From NCBI RefSeq assembly GCF_004010195.1, contig NC_057749.1, forward strand, positions 15,196,436 to 15,260,295: DNA of 63,860 nt, given 5' to 3'. Of this stretch, positions 11,833 through 25,315 are shown piece after piece. Each line of letters opens with the position of its first letter. Position 1 is the stretch's first letter. Below the pieces are notes generated by a model, which saw only the letters and a program-made list of their open reading frames with translations, did no database searches and was not told the origin of the DNA. The position numbers and the translations under genes are program-made. This DNA is from Chiloscyllium plagiosum (taxonomy: Eukaryota).

Positions 11833-13896
11833 CCTACATACACACGTGTGCGCGTGCCTACATACACACGTGTGCGCGTGTCTACATACACACGTGTGCG
11901 CGTGTCTACATACACACGTGTGCGCGTGTCTACATACACACGTGTGCGCGTGTCTACATACACACGTGTGCGCGTGTCTACATACACACGTGTGCGCGTG
12001 TCTACATACACACGTGTGCGCGTGTCTACATACACACGTGTGCGCGTGTCTACATACACACGTGTGCGCGTGTCTACATACACACGTGTGCGCGTGTCTA
12101 CATACACACGTGTGCGCGTGTCTACATACACACGTGTGCGCGTGTCTACATACACACGTGTGCGCGTGTCTACATACACACGTGTGCGCGTGTCTACATA
12201 CACACGTGTGCGCGTGTCTACATACACACGTGTGCGCGTGTCTACATACACACGTGTGCGCGTGTCTACATACACACGTGTGCGCGTGTCTACATACACA
12301 CGTGTGCGCGTGTCTACATACACACGTGTGCGCGTGTCTACATACACACGTGTGCGCGTGTCTACATACACACGTGTGCGCGTGTCTACATACACACGTG
12401 TGCGCGTGTCTACATACACACGTGTGCGCGTGTCTACATACACACGTGTGCGCGTGTCTACATACACACGTGTGCGCGTGTCTACATACACACGTGTGCG
12501 CGTGTCTACATACACACGTGTGCGCGTGTCTACATACACACGTGTGCGCGTGTCTACATACACACGTGTGCGCGTGTCTACATACACACGTGTGCGCGTG
12601 TCTACATACACACGTGTGCGCGTGTCTACATACACACGTGTGCGCGTGTCTACATACACACGTGTGCGCGTGTCTACATACACACGTGTGCGCGTGTCTA
12701 CATACACACGTGTGCGCGTGTCTACATACACACGTGTGCGCGTGTCTACATACACACGTGTGCGCGTGTCTACATACACACGTGTGCGCGTGTCTACATA
12801 CACACGTGTGCGCGTGTCTACATACACACGTGTGCGCGTGTCTACATACACACGTGTGCGCGTGTCTACATACACACGTGTGCGCGTGTCTACATACACA
12901 CGTGTGCGCGTGTCTACATACACACGTGTGCGCGTGTCTACATACACACGTGTGCGCGTGTCTACATACACACGTGTGCGCGTGTCTACATACACACGTG
13001 TGCGCGTGTCTACATACACACGTGTGCGCGTGTCTACATACACACGTGTGCGCGTGTCTACATACACACGTGTGCGCGTGTCTACATACACACGTGTGCG
13101 CGTGTCTACATACACACGTGTGCGCGTGTCTACATACACACGTGTGCGCGTGTCTACATACACACGTGTGCGCGTGTCTACATACACACGTGTGCGCGTG
13201 TCTACATACACACGTGTGCGCGTGTCTACATACACACGTGTGCGCGTGTCTACATACACACGTGTGCGCGTGTCTACATACACACGTGTGCGCGTGTCTA
13301 CATACACACGTGTGCGCGTGTCTACATACACACGTGTGCGCGTGTCTACATACACACGTGTGCGCGTGTCTACATACACACGTGTGCGCGTGTCTACATA
13401 CACACGTGTGCGCGTGTCTACATACACACGTGTGCGCGTGTCTACATACACACGTGTGCGCGTGTCTACATACACACGTGTGCGCGTGTCTACATACACA
13501 CGTGTGCGCGTGTCTACATACACACGTGTGCGCGTGTCTACATACACACGTGTGCGCGTGTCTACATACACACGTGTGCGCGTGTCTACATACACACGTG
13601 TGCGCGTGTCTACATACACACGTGTGCGCGTGTCTACATACACACGTGTGCGCGTGTCTACATACACACGTGTGCGCGTGTCTACATACACACGTGTGCG
13701 CGTGTCTACATACACACGTGTGCGCGTGTCTACATACACACGTGTGCGCGTGTCTACATACACACGTGTGCGCGTGTCTACATACACACGTGTGCGCGTG
13801 TCTACATACACACGTGTGCGCGTGTCTACATACACACGTGTGCGCGTGTCTACATACACACGTGTGCGCGTGTCTACATACACACGTGTGCGCGTG
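11833..13896. repeat. Minisatellite, 86 x 24 bp (TCTACATACACACGTGTGCGCGTG)
   Basis: 2064 bp / 24 = 86 units; only the first two units differ (CCTA for TCTA). Confidence 0.98.
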
Positions 13897-13897
13897 T

Positions 13898-15060
13898 CTC
13901 TCCGCTATTTCCTCAGCCACCTCCCTCAGAACTCTAGGATGTAGCCCATCAGGGCCAGGAGATTTATCAATTTTAAGACTTTTAGCTTTTCTAGCACTTT
14001 CACTTTTGTAATGGCAACCAGACTCAACTAAGCCCCCGACTCCCTTTAATTGTTGGGATATTACTCATGTCTTCCACTGTGAAGACTGATGCAAAGTACT
14101 TATTAAGTTCTCCTGCTATTTCCTTATCTCCCATCTCTAGGCTTCTAGCATCAGTTTGAAGTGGCCCAATGTCTACTCTTGCCTGTCGTTTGTTTCTTAT
14201 GTATTGAAAGAAACTTTTACTATCATTTCTAATATTACTGGCTAGCCTAACTTCACATTTGATCCTCTCCTTCCTTATTTCTCTCTTTGTTATCCTCTGT
14301 TTGTTTTTGTAGCCTTCCCAATCTTCTGATTTCCCAGTGCTCTTGGCCACTTTATAGGATCTCTCTTTTACTTTAATAGATTTCCTGACTTCCTTTGTCA
14401 GCCGTGGCTGTCTAATCCCTCCCTGGATAATCTTTCTCTTCTTGGGGATGAACCTCTGTACAGTGTCCTCAATTTTACCCACAAACTCCTGCTATTTTTG
14501 TTCTACTGTCTTCCCCGCTAGGCTCTGCTTCCAGTCTATTTTTGTCAGTTCCTCTCTCATGCCCTCATAATTACCTTTATTTAACTGTAACACCATTATA
14601 TCCAATTTTGCCTTCTCTCTTTCAAACTGCAGACTGAACTCTACCATATTATGATCGCTGCTTCCTAAGTGTTCCCTTACTTTAAGATTTTTTAGAAAGT
14701 CTGGTTCATTACATAACACTAGGTCTAGAATAGCCTGCTCCCTTGTGGGCTCCATGACAAGCTGTTCCAAAAAGCCATCCTTTCTTTGGATCCACTGAAT
14801 TCCCTTTCTTTGGATCCACTGGCAACATTATTTACCCAGTCCACCTGCATATTGAAGTCTCCCATGATCACTGTGACCTTGCCTTTCTGACATGCCTTCT
14901 CTATTTCCCGGTACATGTTGCGCCCCTGGTCCTGACCACTGTTAGGAGGTCTGTACATAACTCCCACTATGGTTTTTTTTGCCTTTGCGGTTCCTCAATT
15001 CCACCCACACAGACTCCACATCATCCGACGCTATGTCATTCAGTGCCATAGATTTAATTT
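13898..15060 (-). mobile_element. CR1 LINE ORF2 internal fragment (APE endonuclease to pre-RT region), frameshifted
   Basis: GVMYRPPNS...IMGDFN, PTREQAILDLVL...HLGSSDHNMVEF, LNKYFASVFT and KSPGPDGLHPRVLREVAEEI across three frames. Confidence 0.95.
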
Positions 15061-15245
15061 AAGATGTACAGGTCAGGGTGGAATGGCCATGCAAAATTGC
15101 CAATAACATTCAGCGATGTGTAGGTTAGGTGCATTAGTCAGGGGTAAATATAAGGTAGGGAGAATGGGTCTGGGTGGGTTACTCATCGGAGGATCGGCAT
15201 GGACTTATTGGGCCGAAGGGCCTGTTTCCATACTGTAGGGATTCT
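15060..15245 (+). mobile_element. 5'-truncated HE1-type SINE
   Basis: aagatgtacaggtcagg...ttaggtgcattagtcagggg...gggcctgtttccatactgtaggg. Confidence 0.8.
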
Positions 15246-15645
15246 CTGTTCCTGATCCCTGTCTCCCAAATCCTCCCCACACAACCTCCCCACTACTGTT
15301 CCCCTTCCCCATTTCCGCTCCAAGCCACGTGCCCCCTTCCGTCTCCCATTCCACACTACAGCTCTCCCCAACACCCCCTCTGTCTCTCCCCCAACCCCCA
15401 CCCCACATCCCCGACTCTCCAACAATGTAAAATCGCACAATGCTTCCGGATTGCGCATGGCCTGAACAATGTCTATGCAGCGTTCTCGGCATCAGCCTGA
15501 AACCACACTTCCCACACATGGTCAGGCCAGCCTTTGCCCTCCTAACATTATTCTGGTTCAACAGGAGGGAATAGCTTCGCCTCACCTTAGCCCTGCGCCT
15601 TATAACCCCATGCTGCTCAAAGTGATGGGGTTTATTTAAAACTCC

Positions 15646-16760
15646 ATGTTACACACACACCCACGCACAGACACATACACATCCCCACACACCAACACAA
15701 ACCCTCACAGACACCCCTGCAGACAGACACACCCACAACCACACCCATACAGACACACACCCACAGACACCCCCACAGATACGCGCACTGACACACACAC
15801 ACACACACACACTCACCACTATCTAACCTTGTGCTGTCTTTGTCCTGGGAATGTTTGATGGGGGGGACAGTGTAGAGGGAGCTTTACTCTGTATCTAACT
15901 ACGTGCTGTCCCTGTCCTGGGAGAGTGTGATGGGGGGACAGTGTAGAGGGAGCTTTACTCTGTATCTAACCCTGTGCTGTCCCTGTCCNNNNNNNNNNNN
16001 NNNNNNNNNNNNNNNNNNNNNNNNNNNNNNNNNNNNNNNNNNNNNNNNNNNNNNNNNNNNNNNNNNNNNNNNNNNNNNNNNNNNNNNNNNNNNNNNNNNN
16101 NNNNNNNNNNNNNNNNNNNNNNNNNNNNNNNNNNNNNNNNNNNNNNNNNNNNNNNNNNNNNNNNNNNNNNNNNNNNNNNNNNNNNNNNNNNNNNNNNNNN
16201 NNNNNNNNNNNNNNNNNNNNNNNNNNNNNNNNNNNNNNNNNNNNNNNNNNNNNNNNNNNNNNNNNNNNNNNNNNNNNNNNNNNNNNNNACGTGCACACTG
16301 ACACACACACCCACCGACACACAAACGCGCACACTGACACACACGCACCCCCACAGATAGACACAAAATCACAAACACTGACACACACACACCTCTGCAG
16401 ATAGACACATAATCGCGCACACTGACACACACACACCCTCAGATAGACACAAAAACACGAACACTGACACACACACCTCTGCAGATAGACACACAATCGC
16501 GCACACTGACACACACACACACCCAGACACACAAACGCGCACTGACACACACACACCCTCACAGATAGACAAACGCGCACACTGACACCCACACACAGAC
16601 AAACGTGCACACTGACACACACACACCCACCCACAGACAGACACGCAAACGCACACACTGACACACACACCCACAAACAGACACACAAACCCGCACTGAC
16701 ACACACCCTTCCACAGATACACACACAAGCATGCACACTGAGACATACAAACAAACAAAC
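15646..16760. repeat. CA-rich degenerate tandem repeats plus 68-bp satellite flanking an N-gap (15989-16288)
   Basis: Recurring gcacactgacacacacac...cagatagacac units. Confidence 0.85.
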
Positions 16761-17799
16761 AATCCACCAACAAGCCTTCACATGAATCACTGGCATCTGT
16801 CTTTCCCGGGGATCACACACAGGAATGAACAAATGGAAGGAGATAGGAGGACAGATCCACCAATCACGTTTATACTCCTGAGTCCTACAATCTGGATTGC
16901 TGCCCTTGTGCAAGTAAAAATGGGACAGTGAAGGAGGGTGGGAAAACAAAGATTAACAACACTTTTTCAAAAAATAAGATCAACTTCCAGGTAACATCAG
17001 CACACTCCAGCCACTAGTTTTAGGATGTTGTCGAATATTTTTCTAATCGCCTGCACCACACAAGCAATAATTCCGTTCTTCTCTCCCCCCAGCCCTCCCT
17101 CCGCTCGCCCAAGCTCCTGGTAAACAGGCTGGTATTTTCCAAAGCACCAGTACCAACAACAAACAAACCGGGCTCTGGCTCAGGGTCAAGCTCTCTCCCG
17201 GAGACAGTGCTCACACTGTTGACTTTGAGACTGGCAGCCGAGTTCCTGCTCCACAGGGAGTTCTTAAAAATCACAGTATGTTCTGTTCCCGCTGACACAA
17301 CAATATATACTTACGCATGTTGAAGGAAAATCCCACTTCCACAAACAGACTGCAACCTTTCCTGGCTCCAGAGAAGACCAGCAACCTGATTTAAACTCCA
17401 GTCATCACCTCAGATCTGCTGGTCTCCGAAAAACTCCCTCTTTTCACACCAGCTTTTCTTTCATTAGGTCAGACCCTCGCTCAGGTGAGGGAGGTTAGCG
17501 CTGGGGAATATGAGACTATCGTGTCTCCCCTAACCCCATGCCCTCCAGCCTGGGTGCCCAGTGTCAGTGCAAGGTCTGGTACAATGTGGTAATCCCCTTA
17601 ATCTGCTCTGACAGTGAGCCTTATAGTGGACACACTCTCTCCTGCACAGCCTGAAATTCCCACCTACCCGTCTCACAACATCTATTCCCGTAGCATCCTT
17701 AAGACTGCATAGCATCCCTAGCCTGGGGCAGGAGGTGGGTGTGCACACACACATGGGTGTTTACGAAGGCAATCAGTACGCCTGCCTTCATTGCTCAGA

Positions 17800-18390
17800 T
17801 CACTGAGCTTGGAGTGGTACAGGATGTTGGGGAGGCCACTGTTGGCGAGCTGTGCAGAGTTCTAGTTGTCCTGCTATAGGAAGGATATTAATAAACCGGA
17901 ACGGGTTCAGGAAAGACTTACCAGTATATTGCCAGGACTGGAGGGTTTGTGTTATAAGAGGCGGCTGGATAGGCTGAGATGTTTTTCCCCCCTGGAGTGT
18001 AGGAGATTGAGGGGTGACCTTATAGAGCTTTATAAAATCATGAGGGGGTGTAGATAAGGGGATGAGCAACGGTCTTTTCCCCCCGGGTGGGGGAATTCAA
18101 ACCTAGGGGGCATATTTTTTAAGGTGAGAGGAGATAGATTTAAAAAGGGTCCTGATGGGCAACCTTTTATTTATAACACAGTGTGGTTCATATGTGGAAT
18201 GAGCTGCCAGGGGAAGTGGTAGATGCAGGTACAGTTACAACTTTTAAATGACATTTGGACAGACACATGGATGGGGAAGGTTGAAAGGGATATGGGCGAA
18301 ACGCAGGTAAGCGGGACTCGTCTACTTTGAGAAACTTGGTCAGCGTGGACTGTTGGAAGGAAGGGTTTGTCTCCGTGCTGTATGATTCTA
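17800..18390 (+). mobile_element. CR1/HER1 3' fragment with tail
   Basis: YRKDINKPERVQERLTSILPGLEGL...RRLRGDLIELYKIMRG plus 3' UTR ending ctgtatgattcta. Confidence 0.92.
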
Positions 18391-19444
18391 TAAAACGTTC
18401 CCAAACTGTGAGCCGTGACCCCCCCACTGGAAGCCACAGGCTCCACGGCCTTCAGAATGGTTGCAAAGACTTCCTAAAACGAGAGAATGCCTTTCAGACA
18501 GTGTGGTCTGATTGCTGACATCAGCTGAGCCTAAGAACGGCTTGATCGCCGTTTAGTGCCCACACCCCTGCTGGTCAAACCCTCGGACCCCTCCCCAGCC
18601 TGCTCAACAACTATTCTCTGGAAAGGTCACTGGATCCAAAACGTTAACTCTGTTTTCTCTTCACAGATGCTGCCAGACCTGCTGAGCTTTCCCAGCAATT
18701 TCCAGTTTTGTCTCCCCAACAACTCCAATTTTCACCCAAAACATGAGCCATTAAAATGGGATCACAGCAGAAAGAGGGGTTTGGACCCCATGGTCCCATA
18801 TTACTCTGCAGGAACTCCATCAAACAGAACGGTCACTTCACCAGGGGAGTGGACACTGGGGCGAGCGTGGTAGGTTTTAAGCAGTTTGAACAGAGGGCCA
18901 TGCAGACTTTCATGGGAGTAAAGGACAGTCCTTGACATCTGAAGGCCTGGTGGCCAATGATGGCGTAAGGAGGCGGGGCTACACAGAGTGTCCAATGGGC
19001 GAAGCACAGAGATCTCAGAGCATCGCCACCTGTAGGTGGTGAACAACAGCAGGATGCAGAGCCATGGAACTGGGAAACAAGGAAAACAATGCCAAGTTCT
19101 TGACAGGCTGAGAGCCAACGAGAGATCAGTACCAATAGGACTTACTACCCACCCTGGTCTGAATGATACTGAAGGGGGTCAGGGCTGTTGTGGAGATGAG
19201 GATGCTAAAATCCATTTCAAACAGAACCTTTACAATGGAAGCTTGCATTAAATAAGTGCAGCTCGAAATGTAATCAAAGCTCTCAAGGCATAAGCCCAGT
19301 GACTTACCCACACACTGTACAGGTTTAACCCACAGAGCCAGAGATCTTCCTATTCAGATAACAGGAGTAAAGCACCTACCCACTTGTCCAGGTGGGCACC
19401 CCACTTGACTATAGACTCACCCACTCACCTAGGCAGAGGTGGGT

Positions 19445-19650
19445 ACTGCAGATGCTGAAGATTAGAGTCAAGATTTGAGTGGTGCTGGAAAAGCACAGCA
19501 GGTCTGGCAGCATGTGAGGAGCAGAAAAATCAACACTTCGGGCAAAAACCCTTCATCAGGAAACCGGATTTTACATGAAACGTTGATTTTCCTGATCCTC
19601 GGATGCTGCCTGACCTGCTGCGCTTTTCCAGCGCCACTCTAATCTAGACT
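19445..19650. mobile_element. PLE-derived fold-back insert within a ~45-bp tandem repeat
   Basis: Inverted arms agtggtgctggaaaagcacagcaggtc / gacctgctgcgcttttccagcgccact; flanked by copies of ccaggtgggcaccccacttg.ct..agactcaccca (19380-19430, 19660-19750). Confidence 0.8.
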
Positions 19651-20779
19651 CATCCACACACCTGTCCAGGTGGGCACCCCACTTGGCTACAGACTCACCC
19701 ACACACCTAACCAGGTGGGCACCCCACTTGGCTACAGACTCACTCCCCCACCCGTGCAGGGGTAGCTCATTCAGAACAAAAGAGAAAAAAATCCCTAATA
19801 TTTTCAAAGTCAGGGGGTTCAACAATTTTCCCCTGCACATTCCCAAACCTTCCAAGGGGAACTACACAACATAATTAGATTCAGGATGATAGCTCTCTCT
19901 GGACTATCCGACATAGCCCAGTCCAAACCAAAGGCCAACTACTGCACAATGCTGTCCAACATCATACAATGCTGACATTGGACTGAACAAGACGCACAAA
20001 AGTTATTAAATTTAGTAAATGACTCCAATTAGTCAGCAACTCATAACTAACCAGGAGACACTGGGCCAGTCCCAGGCTGCAGCTGGACAGAATTAGGTCA
20101 GAGATGGGAGAGGTGACCAAGGAATTCACTGGTATCAGTACTCAGCACTCCCTCATCCAAGTGACCTTGAAGCGCGCGCACACACGGCTCACACTAGCAG
20201 CCTGTTCAGGCATTAAGTGGAAAAAAAAATCAAGGTTAGTTTATCCTAAACTTTATAAAACTTTTCCTTAAATATAATCCAACTGCACATACTCCTGGCT
20301 GTAGAAATCCCAGCAAGATGTCCTTGGGGGGGGTATCTGGATGTTGATATTTGCATATAGACTAAACGGAGCAGGAACATCATGCCTGTGCTGTTTTTAC
20401 ATCGAGTTTAATTTGCTTATTACCTTTGCAAACATGTTCGCTCAGCAGTGTGAGCCAACACCAGCCATGATGACTCCCGCATTGCCGAAACCACCTGGTT
20501 CTTTTCACTTCCCCAGCTGGATTCTGGTGGATGAGCTCCAGAGAGAAAATGAATTTACATACCGCTGGTGTAAAAGTCGAGATGCTGTGCAGTCTTTCCA
20601 TCACGGATGCACCAGTATGGACCAACAGCACCAAACCTCAAACAAGGCATTGTTGGGGAGAATATACCAGGGAACTATGGTGCTCCTGGTTAACTCAATA
20701 AAAAAAGGGGACAGGTCCCTGAGCAGATATATTTGGCTAAATTACATCCAACTATGTCACAGATTTACATATTTTTTCA

Positions 20780-21045
20780 TCTAACCCCGTGCTGTATCTG
20801 CCCTGGGGGAGTTTGATGACAACAGTGTAGACAGTGCTTTACTCTGTATCTAATGTCTTACTGTCCCTGTCTTGGGAGTGTTTGATGGGGGACAGTGTAG
20901 AGGGAGCTTTACTCTGTATCTAACCCCATGCTGTCCCTGTCCTGGGAGTGTTTGATGGGGGACAGTGTAGAGGAGCTTTACTCTGTATCTAACCCTGTGC
21001 TGTCCCAGTCCCTGAGAGTGTTTGATGGGGACAGTGTCGAGGGGG
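20780..21045 (-). repeat. ~68-bp satellite, about 4 tandem copies
   Basis: ctgtccctgtcctgggagtgtttgatgggggacagtgtagagggagctttactctgtatctaaccc repeated. Confidence 0.9.
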
Positions 21046-23119
21046 TCTCACTGTGTGTGTGGTTGCTATCCCCAATCCTTATTCCTTCTGTGATGAGCAC
21101 AGGAGCGGCAGTGTAAAAACAAAACTGCAAACAGCTCATTCAGGAAAAAGATTGCTGATCAAATCACCATGGAAACGAGTTAATGCAACTGAATGCAGAT
21201 TTGTTTTTATAACCCTGAATTTGATCAAAAGCTAAGGTTCCAGCAAAACCATCACGCCCTTCGACGAACACAACAGAGTCAAAAATACAGCATCTCGGTA
21301 ACCCATGCAGCCAAGCACACCGTAACATGCCTGTGGGCCCAGGGAGTCAGGGAGGAAACCTTAGACAAGCCGAGAGGACAGACCAGTATTCCCTCTTCCC
21401 TCCGAGAGAGTCACCGTGCTCAGTGTAAATAGCTCTCAATGTTAAATATTTGATACTGAGATGTTATCTATTGCTTTCTCGATAATTAGATTTTGTTCGA
21501 TGGAACGTCCAATGGCCTGACCAAAGGTGATGAACACAGTTTCCAATTCATTGGGAATTTGGATCCTGTTACATCGTACAACACCACTCGTAATTCACTC
21601 TTACACACATTTCCACAGGATCCCAGCTTCCCGCCCCCTTTCTCTCCCTCAAGCTATTGGCTGGCTTGAAGTGCAGTTTCCCCGGCATGGATCGCATTGT
21701 GCTGCCTCAGCCAAGCTTTCCACAAGCCCAGTTTGGAGGGGGCTGCTCGACCACACAGTGCATCACAATCCGACCTGTAGAATTTATAGCCACCCCGGAG
21801 TGGAACGTGCATCTGCCTTTGTGCGAAGCCAAGAACAAGTGGCCGATTTTACTAGCCGGGACAGCGTGACCAGAAAAAGAGGAGAGCACAGCCAAAGGTC
21901 TAACCTCTTGATTGCTACCTGGCGACTCACGTTATTTTCACTGGGCAGGGTCAGATTATAGCAGTGAGGAGAACCTGTCACACACAGAAGGCAAGGCTCC
22001 AGATGAAGAGTACCCTTTCCTATTAGGAGTCATAGGGACAACAGCAGTCAGGGTACAGTCCCTCAGCAAGACCAGTCTCCCAGCATCTATGAAAGGCATC
22101 ACTCGTGTGGGAATGAACGGTGGGGTGGGGTGGTCAAAAATCACTGTGTTCTAACAAACGGCCAGCAGCCTCTCGTGGCTTCCTCCCAAAGCCCTGCTGC
22201 CAGAGAAAGAGGGTTGATTCTCAAATTACAAAACCTCAGGAAAACACCACGTCCGTCATCAAAACTAATGCCAAGGCAGTGAGAACGTCAGCACCATGCT
22301 TTCTAAATGGCCCTTCTTAGAATAGAGCCGTTCCTCAGTTTGCTAATCATTAATCTTTGACACGACCTTTCCTCCTCACCGAGAGAAAAGAAGGAAACAC
22401 AGAATTAAACGGCTGACAGAAACCATTACAACAGTTTTCCACAGCTCCAGCCCTTCTTTCTATTTGTGTGCAATTCCTGGTCACCGTCCATGAAGGTCTG
22501 GAAGGTCTCCTCACTCCTTTATTATATGAACATATACATTAGCAGTAGGCCACTCAGCCCTTCCAGCCTGTTTGACCGTTCAAGAAAATCGTGGCTGATC
22601 TCTTTGCGTTTTGAATTTGATGCACCCATCCACCCAGCCGATAAACTTTAACCCCTCTGCCTAAAATAGATTCAAAGACACCGCCTCAAGGCACAGAGTT
22701 CCAAAGTCTCTCAATCCCCAGAGGAAACGTTTCTCCTCAGCGCTGTCCTGATTTTTAAACAGAGCCCCTGCAATCAGAACTCATGCATAAGCGAAAACAT
22801 CCTTTCTACATTCACCTCGTCAAAACAATTCAGGATCCAGATAGTGCAACATCCCAAGGCACCTCACAGGAGCATTATTAAAGAGGGTTGACACCAGCCC
22901 GGGTAGGGTAATATCAGGTCAGCTGCCAAGCCTTTGGTCATACTGGGAAGGTTTAAACAGGGTCTTAAAGCAGACAAACAGGTAGTGATGCAGGGAGGCA
23001 ATTCCAATGCTTGTGGCCTTGGGCAAACTGAAGGCAAACCCACCAATCATACAGCAACTATGATTGAACCAACCCAACCAGAGAGAGAGCTGGAGCTCAC
23101 AATTTGACTTTGGTGGTCA

Positions 23120-23660
23120 TGTCATAGTCTTAGAGCAATACAGCATGGAAATGAATCTTTCAGTCCAAGTCATCTGCGCTGACCAGATATCCTAATCCAA
23201 TCTAATCCCATTTGCCAGCCATTGGCCCATATCCCTTCCTATTAATATATCCATCCAGAAGCCTTTTAATTGTACCAGCCTCCACCACTTCCTCTGGCAG
23301 CTCATTTCACACACACACCACTCTCTGCGTGAAAAGGTTGCTCCTTAGGTCTCTTTTAAATCTTTCCCTTCTCACTCTAACCTATGCCCTCTAGTTTTGG
23401 ACTCGGTCACCCTGGGAAATAGACCTTGTCTATTTACCCTCCCCATGCCCTTCATGATTTTATAAGCCTCTATAACCTCTCAGCTTCTGATGCTCCAGGG
23501 AAAACAGCCCCAGCCTATTCAGCCTCTCTCTATAGCTCAAACTCTCCAACCCTGGCAACATCTTTGTAAATATTTTTCTGCACCCTCTCAAGTTTAACAA
23601 CATCCTTCTTATAGAAAGGTAACCAGAAGTGTATGCAATATTCTAAAAGTGGCCTCAACA
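23120..23660 (-). mobile_element. CR1/HER1 3' fragment
   Basis: LLRPLLEYCIHFWLPFYKKDVVKLERVQK plus tail. Confidence 0.92.
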
Positions 23661-23839
23661 AGAATTGGACACACAAAGGGTTCACCACACCCCAGAATCG
23701 AAATGTCCCTTCCAAAAAACAGCTTAGCAATACTCCTATCAAACAAAGTTTGCTGACAAGTGTATTTGGAATCTCGCAGCCAAGCTTCAGACTTCAGCAA
23801 CAAGGTAATATTGATCTGAGCAGCTCAAGGATTTTGACT

Positions 23840-24195
23840 TTATAAAGCTCTGGTTAGGCCCCATTTGGAGTACTGTGTCCAGTTTTTGTGCCCACACCTC
23901 AGGAAGGACATACTGGCACTGAAACGTGTCCAGCGGAGATTCACGTGGATGATCCCTGGAATGGTAGGTCTAACATATGAGGAACGGCTGAGGATCCTGG
24001 GATTGTATTCATTGGAGTTTAGAAGATTAAGGGGAGATCTAATAGAAACTTACAAGATAATACATGGCTTGGAAAGGGTAGACGCTAGGAAATTGTTTCC
24101 GTTAGGCGAGGAGACTAGGACCCATGGACACAGAATGGCAGAGTGGACTCGATGGGCCAAATGGCCTTACTTCCACTCCTATGTCTTATGGTCTT
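23840..24195 (+). mobile_element. CR1 3' fragment (different subfamily) with internal deletion
   Basis: LVRPHLEYCVQFLCPHLRKDILALKRVQRRFTWMIPGM...ETRTHGH, jumping directly to the terminal tail at ~24132. Confidence 0.9.
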
Positions 24196-25315
24196 AAGGA
24201 CCGTGATTGGTCAAAGGGTTCTTTGACCTGATTGGTAGAATCAAGATCCAGTAGCCAGAAGTTACCCAAGGAGTGATCCCAGATCTCGACCAGATTACCG
24301 GTCTCAACCGCCAGGAGGCATTCTTGTACGGAGGTGAAAACAGGGGCACGGGGGTACGTGAGAGTGAACAACACAGCTGACCTGGACTAAGATACGGAGT
24401 GAGTGAGTCAATGGCCCTGCTCGTACCACTGAGAAGGGCCACCTCTCAAACAGTGATCCTGGACGGATGTCAAATGGGAAGGGATTCCACCCTGGCCATG
24501 AGACCCCCATGCTTGCCTCTCGCTCAGGAAGAATGACAACTAGGTTGAGAAATCAGAGTAGAAGAGACGAACTAGGAACAAGGAGACTCACAGAGTGCCC
24601 CAGAGTAGCAGTCAGAGTTAAAACATCTGTTGAAAGAGTTCTACATGTCTCTTCTGATATTTGGTTATATTTGGGGATATTTGGTTTCCTGACTTATCTG
24701 TTTCCTTCAGGAATTCTCACAGGCAGAACTGTACAATACCGAAAGGGGACCAGCTGCATATCATAGACTGAGCTGACAGAAATTCAACTTGTTGGAATAA
24801 AAACAGAAAACAAATAATTCTCAATGAAATACAGGTAGATGGAGCAGCAGGTACATTTGCATTATCAGAGACACACCTGGCTCTCTCCGTGTTAGTGAAT
24901 GGAATACACAGGTTAACTCACTGGGAATAGCACAAATCAGATTCAAACAGAGCTGGACCTAGACGGCAGAGGGTATGCACAGATAGAAGACAGTGTTCAC
25001 CTTTGTCAGATTCTTTGACATACCATTCAGACTGATGAGCAAATTATTTATAACAGGAGGGAAGCCTTTGGGGAGTGGGGGGGTGAATAGGAGATTCCGG
25101 CTGATGGGATGCTGTCTGATCTAGATTTTACCTCAGTGAGTAAAATGGAATATTGCACGTATTTCAAAACACTACAACTCTCAATGTGGTGTTAATGGCG
25201 CCTCAATGGAACCTGACTAAAAGACTGTTGCATCAGGCACACGATGGGAAGGTGATGCCAAGACTGTGCAGCTGGGGTTCAAACAATTCACAAGAAGCTG
25301 ATAATCACAACCTAC

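Noticed and set aside
11833..13896. CRISPR-like array
   Set aside because: No unique spacers and no cas genes; eukaryotic head-to-tail repeat.
11521..14011. Four 690-810 aa ORFs (STYTRVRV, LHTHVCAC, VYVDTRTR, CRHAHTCV repeats)
   Set aside because: By-product of a 24-bp unit that is stop-free in five of six frames; no synonymous variation or gene structure.
1..25315. Exon 3 of the receptor (Cys-rich domain)
   Set aside because: No matching Cys-rich minus-strand frame seen; probably beyond the window, although a gap could hide it.
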